Counted from the stretch's first letter, positions 1 to 9,114 are shown. The stretch is 64,000 bases of DNA from Candidatus Sumerlaeia bacterium (GCA_033764015.1 JANRJK010000039.1:25187-89186); one strand, 5' to 3'. Notes: generated from the letters alone by a model not told the origin. Made by a program: numbers and translations.

Positions 1-1122
1 CTCCTCGATTGCGCCGCCAAGCTCCGAGGCACGGTGCAGGCCGACATCCTCAAGGAGGTGCAGGCGCAGAACGAGACGCTCTTCCCGCTCGAACCCAGCC
101 TCCGCCTCCTCGGCGACATGGTAGACTGGTGCGCGGACAACGCCCCGCGCTGGTACCCCGTCTCCATCAGCGGCTACCACATCGCGGAGGCCGGCGCCGA
201 CCCCGTCGAGCAGCTCGCCTTCACGCTCGGGAACGGCCTCTACTACGCGGACGCCTTCCGCCGCCGCGGCATGGACCTCGAAAAGGTGGTCCCGCGATTC
301 TCGTTCTTCTTCCAGTTCGACTACGACCTCGAGTCCGCCGTGATCGGGCGCGTCGCGCGCCGCGCCTGGGCCATCGCCATGCGTCGGCACTTCGGCCTCG
401 GCGACCGCGCCGCGCGGCTCAAGTTCCACGCGCAGACCAGCGGGCGCTCGCTCACCGAGCAAGGGCTCCTCAACAACATCACCCGCACCGCGCTGCAGGT
501 CTTCCTCGCGCTCGCGAACTACGCCAACTCCGCCCACTCGAACAGCTACGACGAGGCGATCACCACCCCCACCGCCGAGGCCGCTCTCATCGCGAGCCAG
601 ACGCAGGCGCTCCTGCTGGAGGAGACCGGCATGTTCCGCCACACCATGGGCCTCTTCACCACGGGCCCGGGCCTCTCGCTCCTGACGGACCGGGTCGAGG
701 AGGGCGTCGCGCGCATCTGGGAGGAAATGGACCGCGTCGGCGGCGTGATCGAGGCCGTCGAAACGCGCTACGTGCGCGGGCGCATCCAGGACAGCTTCTA
801 CAAGCGCGCGCAGCAGGCGCACGCCGGCGAGCGGCGGCTGGTCGGGGTGAACTGCTACCGCAACGAGGAGGAGGCGCGCCCGCGAGTCGAGCTCTCGCGC
901 ACCTCGAAGGAGCGCCAGCGGCTGCAGGCCGACCGCACCCGCGCGTTCAAGGCCGCCAACTCCGAGGCCGCGGAGGTGGCGCTGCGGCGCCTCGCCGACG
1001 CCGCGGAGCGCGACGCGGACAACGTGTTCGCGGAACTGCTCGATGCCGTCGAGGTGTGTTCCCTCGGCCAGATCACCGGCACATTGCAGGAAAGCTGGGG
1101 GCGCTTCCGGGCGATGGTGTAG
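1..1122 (+). CDS. B12-dependent acyl-CoA mutase catalytic domain (methylmalonyl-CoA mutase family, IcmF-like), 5' truncated by window edge
   Basis: Frame is open from base 1 (LLDCAAKLRGTVQADILKEVQAQN). Motifs SISGYHIAEAGA, QLAFTL, HAQTSGRSL, NSYDEAITTPT, CSLGQIT. GTVQADILKE and QTSGRSL resemble IcmF. No C-terminal B12-binding domain follows. Confidence 0.85.
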   Translation, partial: LLDCAAKLRGTVQADILKEVQAQNETLFPLEPSLRLLGDMVDWCADNAPRWYPVSISGYHIAEAGADPVEQLAFTLGNGLYYADAFRRRGMDLEKVVPRFSFFFQFDYDLESAVIGRVARRAWAIAMRRHFGLGDRAARLKFHAQTSGRSLTEQGLLNNITRTALQVFLALANYANSAHSNSYDEAITTPTAEAALIASQTQALLLEETGMFRHTMGLFTTGPGLSLLTDRVEEGVARIWEEMDRVGGVIEAVETRYVRGRIQDSFYKRAQQAHAGERRLVGVNCYRNEEEARPRVELSRTSKERQRLQADRTRAFKAANSEAAEVALRRLADAAERDADNVFAELLDAVEVCSLGQITGTLQESWGRFRAMV

Positions 1123-1125
1123 CGC

Positions 1126-2325
1126 CTACGCCAGCGCCGCCACGAAGCGCTCCAGACGGTCCATCGCCTTCGCGAGCTGCTCCATCGACGTCGCGTACGA
1201 CATGCGGAAGCAGCGGTCCTCGCCGAAGGCCGAGCCCGGCACCGCCGCGACGTGCTCCGACTGCAGGAACGCCTCGCAGAAAGACGAGGAATCGGTGATG
1301 GCGATTCCTTTGTGCGACTTGCCGAAGTGCGCCGAGATGTCGGGGAACACGTAGAACGCGCCGCGCGGCGGGTGCTGCAGCGCCACGTCCGGGATCCCGG
1401 CCAGGCGGCCGATCACGTAGCGCCGGCGTTCGTCGAAGCGCACCAGCCACTCCGCGAGGTGCGGGCGCTCCGGCCCGAGCGCGCGCGCCGCCGCGTTCTG
1501 GCAAAAGCTCACCGGGTTGCTGGTCGACTGGCTTTGGAGCGCGTCCATCGCGGCGATCAGCTCCGCGGGCCCCGCCGCCCAGCCGAGCCGCCAGCCCGTC
1601 ATGGACCACGCCTTCGAGAGGCCGTTCACGATCAGCGAGCGGTCGCGCAGGTCCGGCATCTCGCGCACCAGCGAGAAGAACTCCGCGCCATCGTAGGTGA
1701 GGAGCTGGTACAGGTCGTCGGAGATCAGGAACACATGCGGGTGGCGCCGCAGCACTTCACCGAGCGCGAGGAGCTGCGCGCGCGTGTAGACGACACCGGT
1801 CGGGTTGCTGGGCGAGTTGAGGATGAAGAGCTTCGTGCGGGGCGTGATCGCCGCCTCGAGCTGCTCCGGGGAGAGAACGAAGCCGCTCTCCGGCGGGCAG
1901 TTCACCACCACTGGCGCGCCGTCCGCCGCGAGCACCTGCTCCGGGTACGAGAGCCAGTAGGGCGCGGGGATGATGACCTCGTCCCCCGATTCGACCAGCG
2001 CCATGATCGCGTTGTACAGCACGTGCTTGCCGCCACTGCCGAGCATCGCTTCCTTCGGCGAGTAGGTAAGGCCGTACTCGCGCTCCATGTAGCCGCAGAT
2101 CGCCGCGAGCACCGCCGGCGTGCCCTTCGAGGGCGTGTACTTCGTGACGCCGTCGCGGATGTCGTCGAGGGCGACCTGCTTGATGAATGCGGGCGTGTCG
2201 AAGTCCGGCTCGCCGGCGCTGAGGCCGACGACGTCGAGGCCGTCGGACTTCATCTGCTTGGCGCGCGCGGCGAGCGCGAGGGTCGCGGAGGGCTTGAGGG
2301 CGCGGACGCGCGCGGTCAGCTTCAT
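1126..2325 (-). CDS. aspC: PLP-dependent class I aminotransferase (aspartate aminotransferase-like)
   Basis: GEPDFDTP, NSPSNPTG, SDDLY, PLP-lysine motif GLSKAWSMTGWRLG, GAFYVF, RMSYA. Confidence 0.9.
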   Translation of the reverse strand: MKLTARVRALKPSATLALAARAKQMKSDGLDVVGLSAGEPDFDTPAFIKQVALDDIRDGVTKYTPSKGTPAVLAAICGYMEREYGLTYSPKEAMLGSGGKHVLYNAIMALVESGDEVIIPAPYWLSYPEQVLAADGAPVVVNCPPESGFVLSPEQLEAAITPRTKLFILNSPSNPTGVVYTRAQLLALGEVLRRHPHVFLISDDLYQLLTYDGAEFFSLVREMPDLRDRSLIVNGLSKAWSMTGWRLGWAAGPAELIAAMDALQSQSTSNPVSFCQNAAARALGPERPHLAEWLVRFDERRRYVIGRLAGIPDVALQHPPRGAFYVFPDISAHFGKSHKGIAITDSSSFCEAFLQSEHVAAVPGSAFGEDRCFRMSYATSMEQLAKAMDRLERFVAALA

Positions 2326-2457
2326 CGGGAGTGCTCCATGGCGGGATAAACGAAGCGATCATGGGGCGCGGCTTCCCTCGGGCGAGCCAAATCCGGCGAA
2401 CCGGCTTGCCGCCCTCCGGGAACGATGGCCATTCAACCTGTTGGAGACCCGCCTACG

Positions 2458-3225
2458 ATGCACGCCCACCTCCGCGCCTGGTTCACCCGCGAGCTCGCCC
2501 AGCGCGCCGGCGCCGACTACCGCGCCCGGGAAGTGGACGCGCACCACGTCTGGAGCCTCCCCGCGGCCGAGGCGCTCCGCCCCTGGGAGTTCCCGTGGAA
2601 GGAGCTGCGCCGCGATCCGGAGCGCTTTCCGGAGCTGCAACTCGTCAAGATGGCGAGCCGCCGCACCGTCCTCCGCACCGACGCCACCGGCGAGCCACTG
2701 TATGTGAAGCGCAGCCTTCTGCGCACGCCCGCGGAGCGACTCGCCGCGCTCGTGAAGCCCGGCAAGGAGTTCCGCGAAACGCTGCTCGCGCTCGACTGGC
2801 GCCGCGCCGGGATCCTCACGCCGGAGCCCGTCTGCGCCGCCGCCGGATGGAACGACCAGTTCGGCGTGCCCGCCCGCTACCTCGCCACGCGCGCGCTTCC
2901 GGCGACGGCGCTCGAACTGAAGCCGCTCCTCAAGGCCGAGGACTTCGAGGGGCCGCTCTGGCGCGCGCTCGCGGAGCACACCCGCGACCTGCACGCGGCG
3001 GGTTGCCACCACGCGGACTACCGCTGCGACCACCTGTTCGTTGAGTTTGTCAATGAATCGCCGCGCTTCTGGCACATCGACCTCGACGGTTCCCACGCGG
3101 GGCGCCCGGTTTCGGCGGGGCAGCGCAAGACCGCGCTGGCGCGCCTGTTCAAGTCGCTCGAGAACCACCGCCTCACGCAGGCGCGGCGGGACGCGTTCCT
3201 CGCCGCCTACTCGACGGGGACGTAG
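2458..3225 (+). CDS. Lipopolysaccharide kinase (Kdo/WaaP/InaA family)-like protein
   Basis: LYVKR, GILTPEP, catalytic-loop-like HADYRCDHLF, IDLD, C-terminal R..FLAAY. Start could be 2425. Confidence 0.7.
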   Translation: MHAHLRAWFTRELAQRAGADYRAREVDAHHVWSLPAAEALRPWEFPWKELRRDPERFPELQLVKMASRRTVLRTDATGEPLYVKRSLLRTPAERLAALVKPGKEFRETLLALDWRRAGILTPEPVCAAAGWNDQFGVPARYLATRALPATALELKPLLKAEDFEGPLWRALAEHTRDLHAAGCHHADYRCDHLFVEFVNESPRFWHIDLDGSHAGRPVSAGQRKTALARLFKSLENHRLTQARRDAFLAAYSTGT

Positions 3226-3671
3226 AGGTCGGTGAACAGCTTCGCCGGGTCCATGTGCTCGACGTCGCCGCGGTAGATCTCGAGGCAGGGACCCTCGCGG
3301 AACACGCGCCCCGGCTGCTTCATCCAAACCTCGACGAACTGGTACCACGCATCGGGGAGTCCGCTGTACGCGCCGTGGTGCGTGTAGACCGCGTAGCGCC
3401 CGCCCGGGACATGGACCGCCTCGAACTCCGGGTGAGGAAGCGGGGCGTCCGGGGACCAAACCATCGCCGCGTGGGCGCGCTGCTCCGCCTCTGGCGTGAT
3501 CCGCGGATTGTGGTAGTAGACGCCCACCGCGAGGAACCCGGGACCGACGAGGCCCGAACTCTCGGCGAGCGAGAAGAACCGCTGCCATGTCCGACCCACC
3601 CCGGAGTAGGCCCCCTCGTGGAGCAGGCCGGCGAGGTGCATGTCGGGATGTGTTTCGATGCGGACTTCCAT
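3207..3671 (-). CDS. GyrI-like small-molecule binding domain protein
   Basis: HEGAY, GVYYHNP, PGGRYAVYTHHGAYSGL, LEIY, TDLYVPV. Convergent 19-bp overlap with the upstream kinase gene. Confidence 0.85.
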   Translation of the reverse strand: MEVRIETHPDMHLAGLLHEGAYSGVGRTWQRFFSLAESSGLVGPGFLAVGVYYHNPRITPEAEQRAHAAMVWSPDAPLPHPEFEAVHVPGGRYAVYTHHGAYSGLPDAWYQFVEVWMKQPGRVFREGPCLEIYRGDVEHMDPAKLFTDLYVPVE

Positions 3672-3869
3672 AATCGCACCTCGTCTTGGGTTTGGCCCGA
3701 GTATTCGAGCGAATCGCTGATGCGCAATCCTTCTTCCGGGCGACCATTCGGTGCGCCCCGTGTACCTAATGGTACGTGCCCGCGCCGAGCACCGGCCCCA
3801 AGTCCAACGGAAGCGGTTGGCACGCCGGTCGCCCCGGAGCCTCGGACACCATTAGCGCGGGAGCCCCCC

Positions 3870-4889
3870 ATGCGCCTTCCTGCTGTCCTCCTTTACGCCG
3901 CCGTGGCAGCGTTCGCGACGCTCGCGGCACCGCTACCCGCCCAGTCGCGCGGCGAAGTCCTCACGGACGTTCCGTTCGCCAACGTGGGCGGACGCGACTT
4001 GATGATGAACATCCGGTTTCCAACGGACGGTTCCTCCCCGCCGTGGCCGCTCGTGGTGTACATCCACGGCGGAGGCTGGACCACCGGCTCTTACTCGGCT
4101 TCGCCGCCGCCCTACATCAACGAGCTGGCAGCCCGGGGCTATGCCGCGGCCAGCGTCGCGTACCGTCTCACGTCGCAGGAAGCGGATTGGGGCGGGGAGT
4201 CCGTGACGTTCCCCGCGCAGATCCACGACGTGAAGGCCGCGATCCGCTACCTGCGGGCGAACTCGACGACCTACAATCTCGCTCCGGACCGGTTCGCCGT
4301 GTGGGGACCCTCCGCGGGCGGGCACCTGTCCGCACTCGCGGGGACGAGCGGAAACGCACCGGAGCTTGAAGGCTCGGTCGGCGGCAACGAAGGCGTCTCC
4401 TCGGCGGTCCAAGCCGTCGTCGACTACTACGGGCCAAGCGACATCCTGATGATGAACCCCGACATCACCATCCCCCCCGGCTCGTCGATCAACCACGATG
4501 CCCCAACAAGCGGCGAGTCCGCCCTGCTCGGGTTCAACGGGACAGGGGAGGGGATCGGAGTCCTCCGGGCGAACATCGCGAACCCCAACCCGCCCTATCC
4601 GGAACTGGCGATTCTCGCCGAACAGGTGAACCCGATCTCTTGGGTGGATCCGTCCGATCCGCCCTTCTTCATCGTCCACGGAGAGAGCGATGTAGTCGTG
4701 CCGACCAACCAGAGCCAGCGCCTCGCGAACGCGCTGGCCGCCGCCGGGGTCCCGCACACCTTCCACCGGGTGCCGGGGATGGGGCACAACACGCCACCGG
4801 TGGAGTACAGCCTGGAGGCATTCGATTTCCTCAACAACACCATCGGCCCCGCCTCCCAGTCGCGAGTGCAGGGCTGGACGCTGCATTGA
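3870..4889 (+). CDS. Secreted alpha/beta hydrolase (BD-FAE/HSL-like esterase)
   Basis: Signal peptide MRLPAVLL...APLPA-Q. HGGGW oxyanion motif, GPSAGG nucleophile, HGESDVVVP, GMGH. Ends SRVQGWTLH. Confidence 0.85.
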   Translation: MRLPAVLLYAAVAAFATLAAPLPAQSRGEVLTDVPFANVGGRDLMMNIRFPTDGSSPPWPLVVYIHGGGWTTGSYSASPPPYINELAARGYAAASVAYRLTSQEADWGGESVTFPAQIHDVKAAIRYLRANSTTYNLAPDRFAVWGPSAGGHLSALAGTSGNAPELEGSVGGNEGVSSAVQAVVDYYGPSDILMMNPDITIPPGSSINHDAPTSGESALLGFNGTGEGIGVLRANIANPNPPYPELAILAEQVNPISWVDPSDPPFFIVHGESDVVVPTNQSQRLANALAAAGVPHTFHRVPGMGHNTPPVEYSLEAFDFLNNTIGPASQSRVQGWTLH

Positions 4890-4910
4890 GCACCCAGCCC
4901 CTGCGCCGCT

Positions 4911-5447
4911 TCAGAACGGCCCGAAACGCGTGATGTCCCCGATGCTGACCGCTCCGTTCGTCGGGTCGTACTCGACGTAGGGCACCACATCCCAAACCAC
5001 GTTCGGTCCGCAGGAGTGCAGCATGTACCTCCCCTCCGGCACAGCCGCCCAGACGGGGCCGTAGGTGTCGCCGCTCATCCCGATGGAAGTGGTCGCCCGG
5101 TCGCGGTAGACGTAGCCTTGGAAGCGGACCGCGTCGCTGAAGTTGTACGGCGCTGGACCGAACACGTCGCGGGGCACTTCGGCCAGGTAGGCGACCGGCG
5201 ACTCCAACCGCCAGAGCGGATCCTCGAGCAGGATGTCGCCCCCCGCGATCGCCGCGTGCGGGTATGCCGCGTTGTCCGTGCGGTATGCTTCGAGCGCGGT
5301 GGCGATGGTGCGCATGTCGGACTGGACGCGGGAGACCTTCGCGCGGGCCTGGGCGGCTTGGTAGTTCACCGCCCCGAGCGTCGCGAGGATCGCGATGACC
5401 GCGACCACGACCAGCAGTTCGATCAAGGTGAAGGCGCGCTGCGTCAT
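4911..5447 (-). CDS. Prepilin-type N-terminal cleavage/methylation protein (GspG-like pilin/pseudopilin)
   Basis: MTQRA/FTLIELLVVVAVIAILA class III signal (F+1, E+5), then RAKVSRVQSDMRTIATALEAY and C-terminal YDPTNG..SIGDI. Confidence 0.9.
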   Translation of the reverse strand: MTQRAFTLIELLVVVAVIAILATLGAVNYQAAQARAKVSRVQSDMRTIATALEAYRTDNAAYPHAAIAGGDILLEDPLWRLESPVAYLAEVPRDVFGPAPYNFSDAVRFQGYVYRDRATTSIGMSGDTYGPVWAAVPEGRYMLHSCGPNVVWDVVPYVEYDPTNGAVSIGDITRFGPF

Positions 5448-5452
5448 GGCTG

Positions 5453-6262
5453 TCACCACCAGATCGAGTTGGCGCCGTCGATCACGAAGCGGCCCGCCTC
5501 GTCCTTCGACACCGCCATCTTGATCGTCTTCTCCGGGAAGCCGGGGAAGGGGACGCGGACGGGGTACAGCTCGACGCCGGGCGCCGTCGGGTGCGGCTGC
5601 GGGGAGCCTACCTTCTCCGCGGGACGCGGCGTGAACGTGTCGTACCACTTCGCGAAGTCGTCGCGCAGGCTGCCCGGCGCGAAGATCGCCATCGTGTCGT
5701 AGTCCTTCTCGCTGGCGGCGCGCCAGAACGCCCGGATCACGCCCTCGGCGCTCTTCGGGTACGCCTCGCCGAGCGAGTCCGCCGCCTTGCGGGCGGCCTT
5801 CGCGGCCTCCACGCGCGCGTCGCGACTCTTCAGCGCTTTCTTCAGCGAGTCGCCCTCGCCAAGCTCCCAGAAGGAGAGGTCCTGGCGCAGCACTGTGCGC
5901 CCCGACGCATCCTTCGCGACCGCCATCGCGCAATTGTAGGTGTAGGCGCCGAACGGAACGGCGACGAGGAGCAGCTCGACGCCCTCGGCCTCCGGGTGCT
6001 TTCCGCGGTCCAGGATCTCGGGAGCGCCGGAGGGCGCGTAGCGCGAGGCCATCGCGAGGAAGTCCTCGGCGTTCGCGTCCGGCGAGATCTGCTTCAGGAG
6101 CGTAGCGTCCTTGCTGGCGAACGCACGCCAGTAGGTGATGACGACGTCTTCGGCGGTGGCGGGCGCTGGCGCCTGCGTGGCGGGGGAGGGATCGGCGGCG
6201 CACCAGTGCGGCGAGCCGGTGGCGAGCATCAGTGCGGCGGCGATCAGTCGGATGCGGTTCAT
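5453..6262 (-). CDS. Secreted protein with two tandem homologous ~90-aa domains, function unknown
   Basis: Signal peptide MNRIRLIAAALMLA, Pro/Ala linker, clear internal duplication, GGAG RBS upstream. Confidence 0.75.
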   Translation of the reverse strand: MNRIRLIAAALMLATGSPHWCAADPSPATQAPAPATAEDVVITYWRAFASKDATLLKQISPDANAEDFLAMASRYAPSGAPEILDRGKHPEAEGVELLLVAVPFGAYTYNCAMAVAKDASGRTVLRQDLSFWELGEGDSLKKALKSRDARVEAAKAARKAADSLGEAYPKSAEGVIRAFWRAASEKDYDTMAIFAPGSLRDDFAKWYDTFTPRPAEKVGSPQPHPTAPGVELYPVRVPFPGFPEKTIKMAVSKDEAGRFVIDGANSIWW

Positions 6263-6494
6263 AGTGTGGCTCCTTCGGAGGTCGGGTGTGTGGCGCCGTG
6301 CTGGCGTCCGGGGAGCACTCAACGCCGGCCCCGCTGCGATTTCCACATCCCGCCCGGCGATCGGGTCCGGGGTGCCGCTGGCCGGAGCGAACGGCCCCCG
6401 CCGCCGTCCGCGCCCGATCCGCGACCGTTCGCCGCGAACGCGCTTTCCCGTTGGGCGGCGGCAGGCATCCAGTTACGACAGAAGAGGAACCACC

Positions 6495-7703
6495 ATGGCC
6501 ACCAAGGCAGCCCCGACCCCCACCGCTATCCCCCGCATCTGGCTCGGACGCGGCCAAGTGCCGCTTCGCCACGCGCTGCGCATCGGCGCGGGACGCTCCA
6601 TCGCCTCTCGCGAAGCGCTCTACCACAGCCTTTTGTGGGGTGTGAGCATTGGCTTGGCGAACGGCATCATGACCCCGAGCCGAATCGGCTACATGATGTT
6701 TGCGAACCTCATGTTCTCCTTCGCGATCGGCTACCTGAGTTCCGTTCCTTGGCGCTGGCGTCTGGTGCCGGCGGGCGCACCGGTGGCGCTCCGCGCCGTT
6801 GCGTCGACGGTGGTGGCCTGCGCCGCGGGCTACATGCTGTTCGTGGCGTCGATGACATTGCCCCACTTCCTGCTGTACGGGGCGGGTCCCTCTCCGGAAT
6901 TGATGCGCACTTTCCTGCGACTCGGCGCGTTCGGATTCGTTTTCGCCGTGGTGGGCTTCTACATCGTGCTCGGCCAGGACGAGGAGCGCCGCGCGCGGCT
7001 CCTCGAGCGGGACGCCCGCCGCCTCGCGCGCCTGGCGGAGCAGGCGCGCCTCGTCGCCCTCCGCGCGCAGATCAACCCGCACTTCTTCTTCAACGCGCTC
7101 AACACCGTCGCCGCGCTGATCCCCACGCGCCCCGCGGACGCGGAGCGCGCCGTCGAGCTCCTCGCGCAGGCGCTCCGCCCCGTGCTGACCCGCGAGCAGC
7201 CGTTGCTCGCCAACGTCGCCTCGGAGGTGGAAGTGGCGCGCGCCTACGGCGAGGTCGAACGGCTCCGCGCCGGCGAGCGCCTAGCGCTGACCTTCGACAT
7301 CGAGCCCGCCGCCGCGGCGCGCGAGGTTCCTTCGCTGCTCCTCCAACCACTTGTCGAGAACTCGGTGCGCTACGGCCTCGATGCCACCACGGGGACGGTG
7401 GCGATCGCGGTCCGCGCCCGGATCGACGGAGGCGCGTTGCGCCTCGAGGTCGAGAACCGCGCAACCGGCGCCGCGGGTCCCGCCACCGGCGAAGCCGCCC
7501 ACCGGCCGGGCCACGCGCTCCACAATGTAGCGCAACGACTGCGCGCGCTCTTCGGCCCCGACGCCGGAATCCGCTGCGAAGTCGGCAAGGGCTGGGCGCG
7601 CGCGGAGGTCCGCATCCCCGCCACGGCGCCCGCACCCGAGGTGCTCGCCGCCGCCGAGCGCGCGCGCCGCTCCGCCCCGCCCCTGCTCACGGCGGAGGCG
7701 TGA
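6495..7703 (+). CDS. LytS/YehU-family membrane sensor histidine kinase
   Basis: About four N-terminal TM segments. H-box LRAQINPHFFFNALN, LLLQPLVENSVRYG, GHALHNVAQRL. GAGG RBS. Confidence 0.9.
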   Translation: MATKAAPTPTAIPRIWLGRGQVPLRHALRIGAGRSIASREALYHSLLWGVSIGLANGIMTPSRIGYMMFANLMFSFAIGYLSSVPWRWRLVPAGAPVALRAVASTVVACAAGYMLFVASMTLPHFLLYGAGPSPELMRTFLRLGAFGFVFAVVGFYIVLGQDEERRARLLERDARRLARLAEQARLVALRAQINPHFFFNALNTVAALIPTRPADAERAVELLAQALRPVLTREQPLLANVASEVEVARAYGEVERLRAGERLALTFDIEPAAAAREVPSLLLQPLVENSVRYGLDATTGTVAIAVRARIDGGALRLEVENRATGAAGPATGEAAHRPGHALHNVAQRLRALFGPDAGIRCEVGKGWARAEVRIPATAPAPEVLAAAERARRSAPPLLTAEA

Positions 7704-7704
7704 C

Positions 7705-8418
7705 ATGTCGGCCGCCACGCTCCGGGTGCTGATCGTCGACGACGAGCCGCTCGCGCGGGAGCGGCTGCGCATGCTGCTCGCGCGCGTCGGCGGCAACGAC
7801 GTCGCCGGCGAGGCCGCCGACGGCCACCAGGCGCTCCGCGCGATCGACGAACTGCAGCCCGACGTGGTCTTTCTCGACATCCGCATGCCCGGCCTGGACG
7901 GCCTCCGCGTGATCGAGGCGCTCGACGACCCCCCGCCGGTTGTGCTCTCCACCGCGCACGAGGAGCACGCGGTCCGGGCCTTCGACCTCGACGTGGCGGA
8001 CTACCTGCTCAAGCCCTACTCCGCGGAGCGCGTGGCGCGCGCGCTCGACCGTGCGCGCCGGCTCGCCTCGCCCGCCCCGCCGACCCGTGCCGCCACCCGC
8101 GTCGCCGCCCAGGACGGCGCCTCCACGGTGCTGGTGCCTGTCGACGCGATCGTGGCGATCCGTCTGGAGGAAGGCGTCGTGTTCATCCACCGCGAGGATG
8201 GCGAGCGGCTGATCGCGGACGACCCCTTGCAGCGCCTCGAGGAGATCCTCGCCGGAGGCGACCTGCTCCGGGTCAGCAGGCAGGCGCTGGTCAACTTGCG
8301 CCGCGTCGAGTCCTTCGAGCCCACCGACGAGGGTGGCCTCCGGCTGCGCCTCTCCGACGGTTCGACCGAGACCGCGTCGCGGCGGCGGGCCCGCGCGGTT
8401 CGCGCGCGGCTGGGGTAG
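7705..8418 (+). CDS. LytTR-family response regulator
   Basis: Receiver IVDDEPLAR, FLDIRMPG, DYLLKP. LytTR domain RVSRQALVNL...SRRR. Starts 1 bp after the kinase stop. Confidence 0.92.
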   Translation: MSAATLRVLIVDDEPLARERLRMLLARVGGNDVAGEAADGHQALRAIDELQPDVVFLDIRMPGLDGLRVIEALDDPPPVVLSTAHEEHAVRAFDLDVADYLLKPYSAERVARALDRARRLASPAPPTRAATRVAAQDGASTVLVPVDAIVAIRLEEGVVFIHREDGERLIADDPLQRLEEILAGGDLLRVSRQALVNLRRVESFEPTDEGGLRLRLSDGSTETASRRRARAVRARLG

Positions 8419-8472
8419 CCACACCGTTCCCGCTTGTCCACCGGCCCCCCTCGGCGTCCATCAAGGGGAGCC

Positions 8473-9114
8473 ATGGTCGCCACCGCCCTCGCCCTAGCCG
8501 CCGCCTACCTCGCCGGCGCGATCCCAACCGGCCTGTTCGTCGGGAAGGCGAAGGGCGTGGACCTGCGCGAGGTCGGCTCGAAGAACATCGGCTTCACCAA
8601 TGCGTGGCGGGTGCTCGGCGCAGGCCCCGGGCTGGTGGTTCTGGTGGTGGATGTGGGCAAGGCGTTCGCCGCCGCGCGCTACCTTCCTCCACTGGCCGAC
8701 AGCTCCGCGGCATGGGTGCCGGCCGCGGCGGGGATTGCGGTGCTGCTGGGCAACTTCTTCAACGTGTTCCTGCGCGGCAAGGGCGGCAAGGGAGTGGCCA
8801 CGGGGCTCGGTGTCTTCGCCGCCCTCGCGCCCCAGTCCATCGGCGCCGCCGCGGTCGTCTTCTTCCTCACGGTGGCGGCGACGCGCTACATCAGCCTCGG
8901 CTCGCTGCTCGCCGTGACAGTGCTGCTCGCGGGCACGCTCTACTGGGACGACTGGCCGGTGCGCGCCATCGCCGCGCTGACCTGGGCGCTCGTCGTCTAC
9001 AAGCACCGCGAGAACATCGGGCGCCTCCGCGCCGGCACCGAGCGCAAGTTCGGCCGCGCAGGCTCGGAGCCCTCCAAGCCCGAAACGCTGGACGGTGGAA
9101 GCCAGCCCCGCTAG
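8473..9114 (+). CDS. plsY: Glycerol-3-phosphate acyltransferase PlsY
   Basis: AYLAGAIPTG, GSKNIGFTNAWR, DVGK, GGKGVATGLG, YISLGS, HRENIGRL..GTE. Confidence 0.93.
   Translation: MVATALALAAAYLAGAIPTGLFVGKAKGVDLREVGSKNIGFTNAWRVLGAGPGLVVLVVDVGKAFAAARYLPPLADSSAAWVPAAAGIAVLLGNFFNVFLRGKGGKGVATGLGVFAALAPQSIGAAAVVFFLTVAATRYISLGSLLAVTVLLAGTLYWDDWPVRAIAALTWALVVYKHRENIGRLRAGTERKFGRAGSEPSKPETLDGGSQPR

Noticed and set aside
3762-3775. Small palindrome GTACC-taat-GGTAC between the GyrI-like and esterase genes
   Set aside because: Only 5-bp arms and no second convincing copy; too weak to call.
5453-5480. C-terminus NSIWW (and kinase tail WGLAGE) as further members of the C-terminal motif
   Set aside because: Neither fits G-[WL]-x-[LVI]-x at the terminus, so both were excluded to keep the pattern strict.
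4911-7082. 723-aa minus ORF suggesting a giant pilin fusion
   Set aside because: Only the last 178 codons, from the prepilin signal at 5447, are protein-like. The rest overlaps other real genes in a different frame or strand.
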